64,000 bases of DNA, taken from the NCBI GenBank assembly GCA_964016885.1, contig OZ024745.1, positions 11,222,001 to 11,286,000 of the forward strand, given 5' to 3'. Below are positions 1 through 15,700 of the stretch, piece by piece. Below the pieces are notes generated by a model. It made no database searches, had not been told where the DNA came from, and saw only the letters and a program-made list of their open reading frames with translations. The position numbers were made by a program, and so were the translations under genes. The first letter of the stretch is position 1. Every line of letters starts with the position of its first letter. The DNA is from Eledone cirrhosa (lineage: Eukaryota).

Positions 1-1009
1 AACTAAACATATGGTAGTAACTAATCATATGATAGTAACTAAACATATGGTAGTAACTAAACATATGACAGTAAGTAAACATATGGTAGTAACTAAACAT
101 ATGGTAGTAACTAAACATATGGTAGTAACTAAACATATGGTAGTAACTAAACATATTATAGTAACTAAACATATGGTAGTATCTAAACATATGGTAGTAA
201 CTAAACATATGATAGTAACTAAACATATGATAGTAACTAAACATATGGTAGTAACTAAACATATGGTAGTAATTATACATGATAGTAACTAAACATGGTA
301 GTAACTAAACATATGATAGTAACTAAACATATGGTAGTAACTAAACATATGACAGTAACTAAACATATGGTAGTAACTAAACATATGGTAGTAACTAAAA
401 ATATGGTAGTAACTAAACATATGATAGTAACTAACCAAATGATAGCAACTAAACTTATGGTAGTAACTAAACATATGGTAGTAACTAAACATATGACAGT
501 AACTAAACATATGGTAGCAACTAAACATATGGTAGTAACTAAACATATGGTAGTAACTAAACATATGGTAGTAACTAAACATATGGTAGTAACTAATCAT
601 ATGACAGTAACTAAACAAATGGTAGTAACTAAACATATGATAGTAACTAAACATATGATAGTAACTAAACATATGGTAGTAACTAAACATATGGTAGTAA
701 CTAAACATATGATAGTAACTAAACATATGGTAGTAACTAAACATTTGGTAGTAACTAAATATTTGGTAGTAACTAAACATATGATAGTAACTAAACATAT
801 GGTAGTAACTAAACATATGGTAGTAACTAAACATATGATAGCAACTAAACATATGATAGCAACTAAACATATGGTAGTAACTAAACATATGGTAGTAACT
901 AAACATATGATAGTAACTAAACATATGTTAGTAACTAAACATATGGTAGTAACTAAACATTTGGTAGTAACTAAATATATGACAGTAACTAAACATTTGG
1001 TAGTAACTA

Positions 1010-2280
1010 AACATTTGGTAGTAACTAAACATATGATAGCAACTAAACATATGATAGTAACTAAACATATGACAGTAACTAAACATATGGTAGTAACTAA
1101 ACATATGACAGTAACTAAACATATGAAAGTAACTAAACATATGTTAGTAACTAAGCATATGATAGCAACTAAACATATGAGAGTAACTAAACATATGGTA
1201 GTAACTAAACATATGATAGTAACTAAACATATGGCAGTAATTAAACATATGATAGTAACTAAACATATGGTAGTAACTAAATATATGGTAGTAACTAAAC
1301 ATATGACAGTAACTAAACATATGATAGTAACTAAACATATGGCAGTAATTAAACATATGATAGCATCTAAACATATGATAGTAACTAAACATATGATAGT
1401 AACTAAACATATGATAGTAACTAAACATATGACAGTAACTAAACATATGCTAGTAACTAAACATATGGTAGTAACTAAACATATGGTAGTAACTAAACAT
1501 TTGGTAGTAACTAAACATATGATAGCAACTAAACATATGGTAGTAACTAAACATATGACAGTAACTAAACATATGGTAGTAACTAAACATTTTGTAGTAA
1601 CTAAACATATGGTAGTAACTAAACATTTGGTAGTAACTAAACATATGATAGCAACTAAACATATGATAGTAACTAAACATATGACAGTAACTAAACATAT
1701 GATAGTAACTAAACATATGATAGTAACTAAACATATGGTAGTAACTAAACATATGGTAGTAACTAAACATATGACAGTAACTAAACATATGGTAGTAACT
1801 AAACATATGGTAGTAATTAAACATTTGGTAGTAACTAAACATATGATAGCAACTAAACATATGATAGTAACTAAACATATGACAGTAACTAAACATATGG
1901 TAGTAACTAAACATTGACAGTAACTAAACATATGATAGTAACTAAACATATGTTCGTAACTAAGCATATGATAGCAACTAAACATATGAGAGTAACTAAA
2001 CATATGGTAGTAACTAAACATATGATAGTAACTAAACATATTGCAGTAATTAAACATATGATAGTAACTAAACATATGGTAGTAACTAAATATATGGTAG
2101 TAACTAAACATATGACAGTAACTAAACATATGATAGTAACTAAACATATGGCAGTAATTAAACATATGATAGCATCTAAACATATGATAGTAACTAAACA
2201 TATGATAGTAACTAAAGATATGATAGTAACTAAACATATGTTAGTAACTAAACATATGGTAGTAACTAAACATATGGTAG
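1010..2280 (+). repeat. Diverged higher-order duplication, offset 809 bp (45 monomers, one of them 17 bp)
   Basis: GCATCT marker at 1363 and 2172, with the same order of TAAGC, GAGAG and GCAGTAATT variants. The second copy carries CATTGACAG (1912) and GTTCG. Confidence 0.85.
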
Positions 2281-3977
2281 TAACTAAACATATGTTAGTA
2301 ACTAAACATATGATAGTAACTAAACATATAGTAATAACTAAACATATGATAGTAACTAAACATATGGTAATAACTAAACATATGATAGTAACTAAACATA
2401 GGATAGTAACTAAACATATGATAGTAACTAAGCATGATAGTAACTAAACATATGGTAGTAACTAAACATATGGTAGTAACTAAACATATGGTAGTAACTA
2501 AACATATGATAGTAACTAAACATATGGTAGTAACTAACCATATGGTAGTAACTAAACATATGGTAGTAACTAAACATATGGTAGTAACTAAACATATGAC
2601 TGTAACTAAACATATGGTAGTAACTAAACATATGGTAGTAACTAAACATATGGTAGTAACTAAACATATGCTAGTAACTAAACATATGACAGTAACTAAA
2701 CATATCATAGTAACTAAACATAGGATAGTAACTAAACATATGGTAGTATCTAAACATGATAGTAACTAAACATATGGTAGCAACTAAACATATGGTGGTA
2801 ACTAAACATATGGTAGTAACTAAACATATGATAGTAAATAAACATAGGATAGTAATTCAACATGATATTAACTAAACATATGGTAGTAACTAAATATGAT
2901 AGTAACTAAACATATGGTAGTAACTAAACATATGACAGTAACTAAACAATTGGTAGTAACTAAACATATGGTAGTAACTAAACATATGGTAGTAACTAAA
3001 CATATGGTAGTAACTAAACATATGGTAGTAACTAAACATATGACAGTAACTAAACATATGATAGTAACTAAACATATGGGAGAAACTAAATATATGACAG
3101 GAACTAAACATATGATAGTAACTAAACATAGGATAGTAACTAAACATATGACTGTAACTAAACATGATAGTAACTAAACATATGGTAGTAACTAAACATT
3201 TGATGGTAACTAAACATATGGTAGTAACTAAACATATGGTGGTAACTAAACATATGGTAGTAACTAAACAAATGATAGTAACTAAACATATGATAGTAAC
3301 TAAACATATGATAGTAACTAAACATATGGTAGTAAGTAAACATATGACAGTAACTAAACAATTGGTAGTAACTAAACATATGGTAGTAACTAAACATATG
3401 GTAGTAACTAAACATATGGTAGTAACTAAACATATGACAGTAGCTAAACATATGATAGTAACTAAACATATGGGAGTAACTAAATATATGACAGTAACTA
3501 AACATATGATAGTAACTAAACATAGGATAGTAACTAAACATATGACTGTAACTAAACATATGACAGTAAGTAAACATATCATAGTAACTAAACATAGGAT
3601 AGTAACTAAACATATGGTAGTAACTAAACATATGGTAGTAACTAAACATATGGTAGTAACTAAACAAATTATAGTAACTAAACATATGATAGTAACTAAA
3701 CATATGATAGTAACTAAACTTATGGTAGTAACTAAACATATGGTAGTAACTAAACATATGGTAGTAACTAAAGATGATAATAACTAAACATATGGTAGTA
3801 ACTAAACATGATAGTAACTGAACATATGATAGTAACTAAACATATGGTAGTAACTAAACATATCATAGTAACTAAACCTATGATAGGAACTAAACATATG
3901 GAAGTAACTAAACATATGACAGTAACTAAACATATGGTAGTAACTAAACATATGGTAGTAACTAAACATATGGTAGT

Positions 3978-4850
3978 AATTATACATGATAGTAACTAAA
4001 CATGGTAGTAACTAAACATATGATAGTAACTAAACATATGGTAGTAACTAAACATATGGTAGTAACTAAACATGATAGTAACTAAACATATGGTAGTAAC
4101 TAATCATATGATAGTAACTAAACATATGGTAGTAACTAAACATATGACAGTAACTAAACATATGGTAGTAACTAAACATATGGTAGTAACTAAACATATG
4201 GTAGTAACTAAACATATGGTAGTAACTAAACATATTATAGTAACTAAACATATGGTAGTATCTAAACATATGGTAGTAACTAAACATATGATAGTAACTA
4301 AACATATGATAGTAACTAAACATATGGTAGTAACTAAACATATGGTAGTAATTATACATGATAGTAACTAAACATGGTAGTAACTAAACATATGATAGTA
4401 AGTAAACATATGGTAGTAACTAAACATATGGTAGTAACTAAACATGATAGTAACTAAACATATGGTAGTAACTAATCATATGATAGTAACTAAACATATG
4501 GTAGTAACTAAACATATGACAGTAACTAAACATATGGTAGTAACTAAACATATGGTAGTAACTAAACATATGGTAGTAACTAAACATATTATAGTAACTA
4601 AACATATGGTAGTATCTAAACATATGGTAGTAACTAAACATATGATAGTAACTAAACATATGATAGTAACTAAACATATGGTAGTAACTAAACATATGGT
4701 AGTAATTATACATGATAGTAACTAAACATGGTAGTAACTAAACATATGATAGTAACTAAACATATGGTAGTAACTAAACATATGGTAGTAACTAAACATG
4801 ATAGTAACTAAACATATGGTAGTAACTAATCATATGATAGTAACTAAACA
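3978..4850 (+). repeat. Short higher-order repeat of 21/20 monomers (372/354 bp), about 2.5 tandem copies
   Basis: AATTATACATG marker at 3978, 4350 and 4704. ORF starts at 4072, 4444 and 4798. Each unit holds three 16-bp monomers. Related copies lie at about 1-290, 6671-7060 and 8598-8990. Confidence 0.92.
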
Positions 4851-6269
4851 TATGGTAGTAACTAAACATATGACAGTAACTAAACATATGGTAGTAACTA
4901 AACATATGGTAGTAACTAAACATATGGTAGTAACTAAACATATGGTAGTAACTAAACATATGGTAGTAACTAAACATATGATAGTAACTAAACATATGAT
5001 AGCAACTAAACATATGGTAGTAACTAAACATATGGTAGTAACTAAACATATGGCAGTAACTAAACATATGATAGCAACTAAACATATGATAGTAACTAAA
5101 CATATGACAGTAACTAAACATATGGTAGTAACTAAACATTGACAGTAACTAAACATATGATAGTAACTAAACATATGTTCGTAACTAAGCATATGATAGC
5201 AACTAAACATATGAGAGTAACTAAACATATGGTAGTAACTATACATATGATAGTAACTAAACATATTGCAGTAATTAAACATATGATAGTAACTAAACAT
5301 ATGGTAGTAACTAAATATATGGTAGTAACTAAACATATGACAGTAACTAAACATATGATAGTAACTAAACATATGGCAGTAATTAAACATATGATAGCAT
5401 CTAAACATATGATAGTAACTAAACATATGATAGTAACTAAACATATGATAGTAACTAAACATATGACAGTAACTAAACATATGTTAGTATCTAAACATAT
5501 GGTAGTAACTAAACATATGGTAGTAACTAAACATATGTTAGTAACTAAACATATGATAGTAACTAAACATATAGTAGTAACTAAACATATGATAGTAACT
5601 AAACATATGGTAGTAACTAAACATATGATAGTAACTAAACATAGGATAGTAACTAAACATATGATAGTAACTAAACATGATAGTAACTAAACATATGGTA
5701 GTAACTAAACATATGGTAGTAACTAAACATCTGAAAGTAACTAAACATATGGTAGTAACTAAACATATGGTAGTAACTAAACATATGGTAGTAACTAAAC
5801 ATATGGTAGTAACTAAACATATGGTAGTAACTAAACATATGACAGTAACTAAACATATGGTAGTAACTAAACATATGACAGCAACTAAACATATGGTAGT
5901 AACTAAACATATGGTAGTAACTAAACATATGATAGTAACTAAACATATGGTAGTAACTAAACATATGGTAGTAACTAAACATATGGTAGTAACTAAACAT
6001 ATGGTAGTAACTAAACATATGACAGCAACTAAACATATGGTAGTAACTAAACATATGGTAGTAACTAAACATATGGTAGTAACTAAACATATGGAAGTAA
6101 CTAAACATATGGTAATAACTAAATATATGACAGTAACTAAACATATGGTAGTAACTAAACATATGATAGTAACTAAACATATGATAGTAACTAAACATAT
6201 GGTAGTAACTAAACATATGGTAGTAACTAAACATATGACAGTAACTAAACATATGATAGTAACCAAACA

Positions 6270-9200
6270 TATGATAGTAACTAAACATATGATAGTAACT
6301 AAACATATGGTAGTAACTAAACATATGGTAGTAACTAAACATATGGTAGTAACTAAACAAATGATAGTAACTAAACATATGATAGTAACTAAACATATGA
6401 TAGTAACTAAACTTATGGTAGTAACTAAACATATGGTAGTAACTAAACATATGGTAGTAACTAAAGATGATAATAACTAAACATATGGTAGTAACTAAAC
6501 ATGATAGTAACTGAACATATGATAGTAACTAAACATATGGTAGTAACTAAACATATCATAGTAACTAAACCTATGATAGGAACTAAACATATGGAAGTAA
6601 CTAAACATATGACAGTAACTAAACATATGGTAGTAACTAAACATATGCTAGTAACTAAACATATGGTAGTAATTATACATGATTGTAACTAAACATGGTA
6701 GTAACTAAACATATGATAGTAACTAAACATATGGTAGTAACTAAACATATGGTAGTAACTAAACATGATAGTAACTAAACATATGGTAGTAACTAATCAT
6801 ATGATAGTAACTAAACATATGGTAGTAACTAAACATATGACAGTAACTAAACATATGGTAGTAACTAAACATATGGTAGTAACTAAACATATGGTAGTAA
6901 CTAAACATATGGTAGTAACTAAACATATTATAGTAACTAAACATATGGTAGTATCTAAACATATGGTAGTAACTAAACATATGATAGTAACTAAACATAT
7001 GATAGTAACTAAACATATGGTAGTAACTAAACATATGGTAGTAATTATACATGATAGTAACTAAACATGGTAGTAACTAAACATATGATAGTAACTAAAC
7101 ATATGGTAGTAACTAAACATATGACAGTAACTAAACATATGGTAGTAACTAAACATATGGTAGTAACTAAACATATGGTAGTAACTAAACATATGATAGT
7201 AACTAAACATATGATAGCAACTAAACATATGGTAGTAACTAAACATATGGTAGTAACTAAACATATGATAGTAACTAAACATATGATAGCAACTAAACAT
7301 ATGGTAGTAACTAAACATATGGTAGTAACTAAACATATGGCAGTAACTAAACATATGATAGCAACTAAACATATGATAGTAACTAAACATATGACAGTAA
7401 CTAAACATATGGTAGTAACTAAACATTGACAGTAACTAAACATATGATAGTAACTAAACATATGTTCGTAACTAAGCATATGATAGCAACTAAACATATG
7501 AGAGTAACTAAACATATGGTAGTAACTAAACATATGATAGTAACTAAACATATTGCAGTAATTAAACATATGATAGTAACCAAACATATGGTAGTAACTA
7601 AATATATGGTAGTAACTAAACATATGACAGTAACTAAACATATGATAGTAACTAAACATATGGCAGTAATTAAACATATGATAGCATCTAAACATATGAT
7701 AGTAACTAAACATATGATAGTAACTAAACATATGATAGTAACTAAACATATGACAGTAACTAAACATATGTTAGTAACTAAACATATGGTAGTAACTAAA
7801 CATATGGTAGTAACTAAACATATGTTAGTAACTAAACATATGATAGTAACTAAACATATAGTAGTAACTAAACATATGATAGTAACTAAACATATGGTAG
7901 TAACTCAACATATGATAGTAACTAAACATAGGATAGTAACTAAACATATGATAGTAACTAAACATGATAGTAACTAAACATATGGTAGTAACTAAACATA
8001 TGGTAGTAACTAAACATATGGTAGTAACTAAACATATGGTAGTAAGTAAACATATGATAGTAACTAAACATATGATAGTAACTAACCATATGGTAGTAAC
8101 TAAACATATGGTAGTAACTAAACATATGGTAGTAACTAAACATATGGTAGTAACTAAACATATGACTGTAACTAAACATATGGTAGTAACTAAACATATG
8201 GTAGTAACTAAACATATGGTAGTAACTAAACATATGATAGTAACTAAACATATGGTAGTAACTAAACATATGGTAGTAACTAAACAAATGATAGTAACTA
8301 AACATATGATAGTAACTAAACATATGATAGTAACTAAACTTATGGTAGTAACTAAACATATGGTAGTAACTAAACATATGGTAGTAACTAAAGATGATAA
8401 TAACTAAACATATGGTAGTAACTAAACATGATAGTAACTGAACATATGATAGTAACTAAACATATGGTAGTAACTAAACATATCATAGTAACTAAACCTA
8501 TGATAGGAACTAAACATATGGAAGTAACTAAACATATGACAGTAACTAAACATATGGTAGTAACTAAACATATGCTAGTAACTAAACATATGGTAGTAAT
8601 TATACATGATAGTAACTAAACATGGTAGTAACTAAACATATGATAGTAACTAAACATATGGTAGTAACTAAACATATGGTAGTAACTAAACATGATAGTA
8701 ACTAAACATATGGTATTAACTAATCATATGATAGTAACTAAACATATGGTAGTAACTAAACATATGACAGTAACTAAACATATGGTAGTAACTAAACATA
8801 TGGTAGTAACTAAACATATGGTAGTAACTAAACATATGGTAGTAACTAAACATATTATAGTAACTAAACATATGGTAGTATCTAAACATATGGTAGTAAC
8901 TAAACATATGATAGTAACTAAACATATGATAGTAACTAAACATATGGTAGTAACTAAACATATGGTAGTAATTATACATGATAGTAACTAAACATGGTAG
9001 TAACTAAACATATGATAGTAACTAAACATATGGTAGTAACTAAACATATGACAGTAACTAAACATATGGTAGTAACTAAACATATGGTAGTAACTAAACA
9101 TATGGTAGTAACTAAACATATGATAGTAACTAAACATATGATAGCAACTAAACATATGGTAGTAACTAAACATATGGTAGTAACTAAACATATGATAGTA

Positions 9201-10185
9201 ACTAAACATATGATAGCAACTAAACATATGGTAGTAACTAAACATATGGTAGTAACTAAACATATGGCAGTAACTAAACATATGATAGCAACTAAACATA
9301 TGATAGTAACTAAACATATGACAGTAACTAAACATATGGTAGTAACTAAACATTGACAGTAACTAAACATATGATAGTAACTAAACATATGTTCGTAACT
9401 AAGCATATGATAGCAACTAAACATATGAGAGTAACTAAACATATGGTAGTAACTAAACATATGATAGTAACTAAACATATTGCAGTAATTAAACATATGA
9501 TAGTAACCAAACATATGGTAGTAACTAAATATATGGTAGTAACTAAACATATGACAGTAACTAAACATATGATAGTAACTAAACATATGGCAGTAATTAA
9601 ACATATGATAGCATCTAAACATATGATAGTAACTAAACATATGATAGTAACTAAACATATGATAGTAACTAAACATATGACAGTAACTAAACATATGTTA
9701 GTAACTAAACATATGGTAGTAACTAAACATATGGTAGTAACTAAACATATGTTAGTAACTAAACATATGATAGTAACTAAACATATAGTAGTAACTAAAC
9801 ATATGATAGTAACTAAACATATGGTAGTAACTCAACATATGATAGTAACTAAACATAGGATAGTAACTAAACATATGATAGTAACTAAACATGATAGTAA
9901 CTAAACATATGGTAGTAACTAAACATATGGTAGTAACTAAACATATGGTAGTAACTAAACATATGGTAGTAAGTAAACATATGATAGTAACTAAACATAT
10001 GATAGTAACTAACCATATGGTAGTAACTAAACATATGGTAGTAACTAAACATATGGTAGTAACTAAACATATGGTAGTAACTAAACATATGACTGTAACT
10101 AAACATATGGTAGTAACTAAACATATGGTAGTAACTAAACATATGGTAGTAACTAAACATATGATAGTAACTAAACATATGGTAG
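6270..10185 (+). repeat. Near-identical tandem duplication, period 1927 bp
   Basis: Constant offset of 1927 for ORF starts 6501/8428, 6765/8692, 7067/8994, 7426/9353 and 7964/9891, and for markers CAAATG 6358/8285 and GACTGT 8164/10091. A few private substitutions distinguish the copies (GATTGT near 6681, GGTATT near 8712). Confidence 0.95.
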
Positions 10186-11059
10186 TAAGTAAACATATGA
10201 TAGTAACTAAACATATGGTAGTAACTAAACATATGGTAGTAACTAAACATATGCTAGTAACTAAACATATGACAGTAACTAAACATATCATAGTAACTAA
10301 ACATAGGATAGTAACTAAACATATGGTAGTAACTAAACATGATAGTAACTAAACATATGGTAGCAACTAAACATATGGTGGTAACTAAACATATGGTAGT
10401 AACTAAACATATGATAGTAAATAAACATAGGATAGTAATTAAACATGATATTAACTAAACATATGGTAGTAACTAAATATGATAGTAACTAAACATATGG
10501 TAGTAACTAAACATATGACAGTAACTAAACAATTGGTAGTAACTAAACATATGGTAGTAACTAAACATATGGTAGTAACTAAACATATGGTAGTAACTAA
10601 ACATATGACAGTAACTAAACATATGATAGTAACTAAACATATGGGAGAAACTAAATATATGACAGTAACTAAACATATGACAGTAACTAAACACATGGTA
10701 GTAACAAAACATATGGTAGGAACTAAACATATGGTAGTAACTAAACATATGATAGTAACTAAACATATGATAGTAACTAAACATATGATAGTAACTAAAC
10801 ATATGACAGTAACTAAACACATGGTAGTAACTAAACATATGGTAGTAACTAAACATATGGTAGTAACTAAACATATGATAGTAACTAAACATATGATAGT
10901 AACTTAACATATGGTAGTAACTAAACATATGGTAGTAACTAAACATGATAGCAACTAAACATATGATAGTAACTAAACATATGATAGTAACTAAACATAT
11001 GGTAGTAACTAAACATATGGTAGTAACTAAACATGATAATAACTAAACATATGGTAGTA

Positions 11060-12780
11060 ACTAAACATGATAGTAACTAAACATATGATAGTAACTAAAC
11101 ATATGGTAGTAACTAAACATATGGTAGTAACTAAACATATGGAGGTATCTAAACATATGGTAGTAACTAAACATATGGTAGTAACTAAACATATGGTAGT
11201 AACTAAACATGATAGTAACTAAACATATGGTAATAACTAAACATATGGTAGTAAATAAACATATGATAGTAACTAAACATATGGTAGTAACTAAACATAT
11301 GGTAGTATCTAAACATATGGTAGTAACTAAACATATGGTAGTAACTAAACATATGGTAGTAACTAAACATATGATAGTAACTAAACATATGGTAGTAACT
11401 AAACATATGATAGTAACTAAACATATGGTAGTAACTAAACATATGGTAATAACTAAACATATGGTAGTAACTAAACATATGATAGTAACTAAACATATGG
11501 TAGTAACTAAACATATGACAGTAACTAAATATATTGTAGTAACTAAACATATGGTAGTAAGTAAAAATATGATAGTAACTAAACATATGATAGTAACTAA
11601 ATATATGGTAGTAACTAAACATATGGTAGTAGCAAAACATATGGTAGGAACTAAACATATGGTAGTAACTAAACATATGACAGTAACTAAACATATGATA
11701 GTAACTAAATATATGGTAGTAACTAAACATATGACAGTAACTAAACATATGGTAGTAACTAAACATATGACAGTAACTAAACATTTGGTAGTAACTATAC
11801 ATATGACAGTAACTAAACATATGGTAGTAACTAAACATATGGTAGTAACTAAACATATGGTAGTAACTAAACATGATAGCAACTAAACATATGATAGTAA
11901 CTAAACATGATAGTAACTAAACATATGATAGTAACTAAACATATGGTAGTAACTAAACATATGGTAGTAACTAAACATATGGAAGTATCTAAACATATGG
12001 TAGTAACTAAACATATGGTAGTAACTAAACATATGGTAGTAAATAAACATAATAATAACTAAACATATGGTAGTAACTAAACATGATAGTAACTAAACAT
12101 ATGGTAGTAACTAAACATATGGTAGTAAATAAACATATGATAGTAACTAAACATATGGTAGTAACTAAACATATGGTAGTAACTAAACATATGGTAGTAT
12201 CTAAACATATGGTAGTAACTAAACATATGGTAGTAACTAAACATATGGTAGTAACTAAACATATGATAGTAACTAAACATATGGTAGTAACTAAACATAT
12301 GATAGTAACTAAACATATGGTAGTAACTAAACATATGGTAATAACTAAACATATGGTAGTAACTAAACATATGATAGTAACTAAACATATGGTAGTAACT
12401 AAACATATGACAGTAACTAAATATATGGTAGTAACTAAACATATGGTAGTAAGTAAAAATATGATAGTAACTAAACATATGATAGTAACTAAATATATGG
12501 TAGTAACTAAACATATGGTAGTAACAAAACATATGGTAGGAACTAAACATATGGTAGTAACTAAACATATGACAGTAACTAAACATATGATAGTAACTAA
12601 ATATATGTTAGTAACTAAACATATGACAGTAACTAAACATATGGTAGTAACTAAACATATGACAGTAACTAAACATTTGGTAGTAACTATACATATGACA
12701 GTAACTAAACATATGGTAGTAACTAAACATATGGTAGTAACTAAACATATGGTAGTAACTAAACATATGGTAGTAACTAA
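11060..12780 (+). repeat. Internal 874/892-bp duplication, itself repeated at about 18395-20100 (offset 7334)
   Basis: ORF starts 11209/12083 and 18543/19417 (874 apart). AAGTAAAAATATG marker at 11559/12451 and 18893/19785 (892 apart). Confidence 0.88.
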
Positions 12781-15700
12781 ACATATGATAGTAACAAAAC
12801 ATATGACAGTAACTAAACATATGGTAGTAACTAAACATATGGTAGTAACTAAACATATGGTAGTAACTAAACATATGGTAGTAACTAAACATATGGTAGT
12901 AACTAAACATATGACAGTAACTAAACATATGGTAGTAACTAAACATTTGGTAGTAACTAAACATATGGTAGTAACTAAACATTTGGTAGTAACTAAACAT
13001 ATGATAGTAACTAAACATATGATAGTAACTAAACATATGGTAGTAACTAAAGATATGGTAGTAATTATACATGATAGTAACTAAACATATGGTAGTAACT
13101 AAACATATGATAGTAACTAAACATATGGTAGTAACTAAACATATGACAGTAACTAAACATATGGTAGTAACTAAACATATGGTAGTAACTAAACATATGA
13201 TAGTAACTAAACATATGATAGTAACTAAACATATGATAGCAACTAAACATATGGTAGTAACTAAACATATGGTAGTAACTAAACATATGATAGTAACTAA
13301 ACATATGATAGCAACTAAACATATGGTAGTAACTAAACATATGGTAGTAACTAAACATATGGCAGTAACTAAACATATGATAGCAACTAAACATATGATA
13401 GTAACTAAACATATGACAGTAACTAAACATATGGTAGTAACTAAACATTGACAGTAACTAAACATATGATAGTAACTAAACATATGTTCGTAACTAAGCA
13501 TATGATAGCAACTAAACATATGAGAGTAACTAAACATATGGTAGTAACTAAACATATTATAGTAACTAAACATATTGCAGTAATTAAACATATGATAGTA
13601 ACCAAACATATGGTAGTAACTAAATATATGGTAGTAACTAAACATATGACAGTAACTAAACATATGATAGTAACTAAACATATGGCAGTAATTAAACATA
13701 TGATAGCATCTAAACATATGATAGTAACTAAACATATGATAGTAACTAAACATATGATAGTAACTAAACATATGACAGTAACTAAACATATGTTAGTAAC
13801 TAAACATATGGTAGTAACTAAACATATGGTAGTAACTAAACATATGTTAGTAACTAAACATATGATAGTAACTAAACATATAGTAGTAACTAAACATATG
13901 ATAGTAACTAAACATATGGTAGTAACTAAACATATGATAGTAACTAAACATAGGATAGTAACTAAACATATGATAGTAACTAAACATGATAGTAACTAAA
14001 CATATGGTAGTAACTAAACATATGGTAGTAACTAAACATATGGTAGTAACTAAACATATGGTAGTAAGTAAACATATGATAGTAACTAAACATATGATAG
14101 TAACTAACCATATGGTAGTAACTAAACATATGGTAGTAACTAAACATATGGTAGTAACTAAACATATGGTAGTAACTAAACATATGACTGTAACTAAACA
14201 TATGGTAGTAACTAAACATATGGTAGTAACTAAACATATGGTAGTAACTAAACATATGATAGTAACTAAACATATGGTAGTAAGTAAACATATGATAGTA
14301 ACTAAACATATGGTAGTAACTAAACATATGGTAGTAACTAAACATATGCTAGTAACTAAACATATGACAGTAACTAAACATATCATAGTAACTAAACATA
14401 GGATAGTAACTAAACATATGGTAGTAACTAAACATGATAGTAACTAAACATATGGTAGCAACTAAACATATGGTGGTAACTAAACATATGGTAGTAACTA
14501 AACATATGATAGTAAATAAACATAGGATAGTAATTAAACATGATATTAACTAAACATATGGTAGTAACTAAATATGATAGTAACTAAACATATGGTAGTA
14601 ACTAAACATATGACAGTAACTAAACAATTGGTAGTAACTAAACATATGGTAGTAACTAAACATATGGTAGTAACTAAACATATGGTAGTAACTAAACATA
14701 TGGTAGTAACTAAACATATGACAGTAACTAAACATATGATAGTAACTAAACATATGGGAGAAACTAAATATATGACAGTAACTAAACATATGACAGTAAC
14801 TAAACACATGGTAGTAACAAAACATATGGTAGGAACTAAACATATGGTAGTAACTAAACATATGATAGTAACTAAACATATGATAGTAACTAAACATATG
14901 ATAGTAACTAAACATATGACAGTAACTAAACACATGGTAGTAACTAAACATATGGTAGTAACTAAACATATGGTAGTAACTAAACATATGATAGTAACTA
15001 AACATATGATAGTAACTTAACATATGGTAGTAACTAAACATATGGTAGTAACTAAACATGATAGCAACTAAACATATGATAGTAACTAAACATATGATAG
15101 TAACTAAACATATGGTAGTAACTAAACATATGGTAGTAACTAAACATGATAATAACTAAACATATGGTAGTAACTAAACATGATAGTAACTAAACATATG
15201 ATAGTAACTAAACATATGGTAGTAACTAAACATATGGTAGTAACTAAACATATGGAGGTATCTAAACATATGGTAGTAACTAAACATATGGTAGTAACTA
15301 AACATATGGTAGTAACTAAACATGATAGTAACTAAACATATGGTAATAACTAAACATATGGTAGTAAATAAACATATGATAGTAACTAAACATATGGTAG
15401 TAACTAAACATATGGTAGTATCTAAACATATGGTAGTAACTAAACATATGGTAGTAACTAAACATATGGTAGTAACTAAACATATGATAGTAACTAAACA
15501 TATGGTACTAACTAAACATATGATAGTAACTAAACATATGGTAGTAACTAAACATATGGTAATAACTAAACATATGGTAGTAACTAAACATATGATAGTA
15601 ACTAAACATATGGTAGTAACTAAACATATGACAGTAACTAAATATATTGTAGTAACTAAACATATGGTAGTAAGTAAAAATATGATAGTAACTAAACATA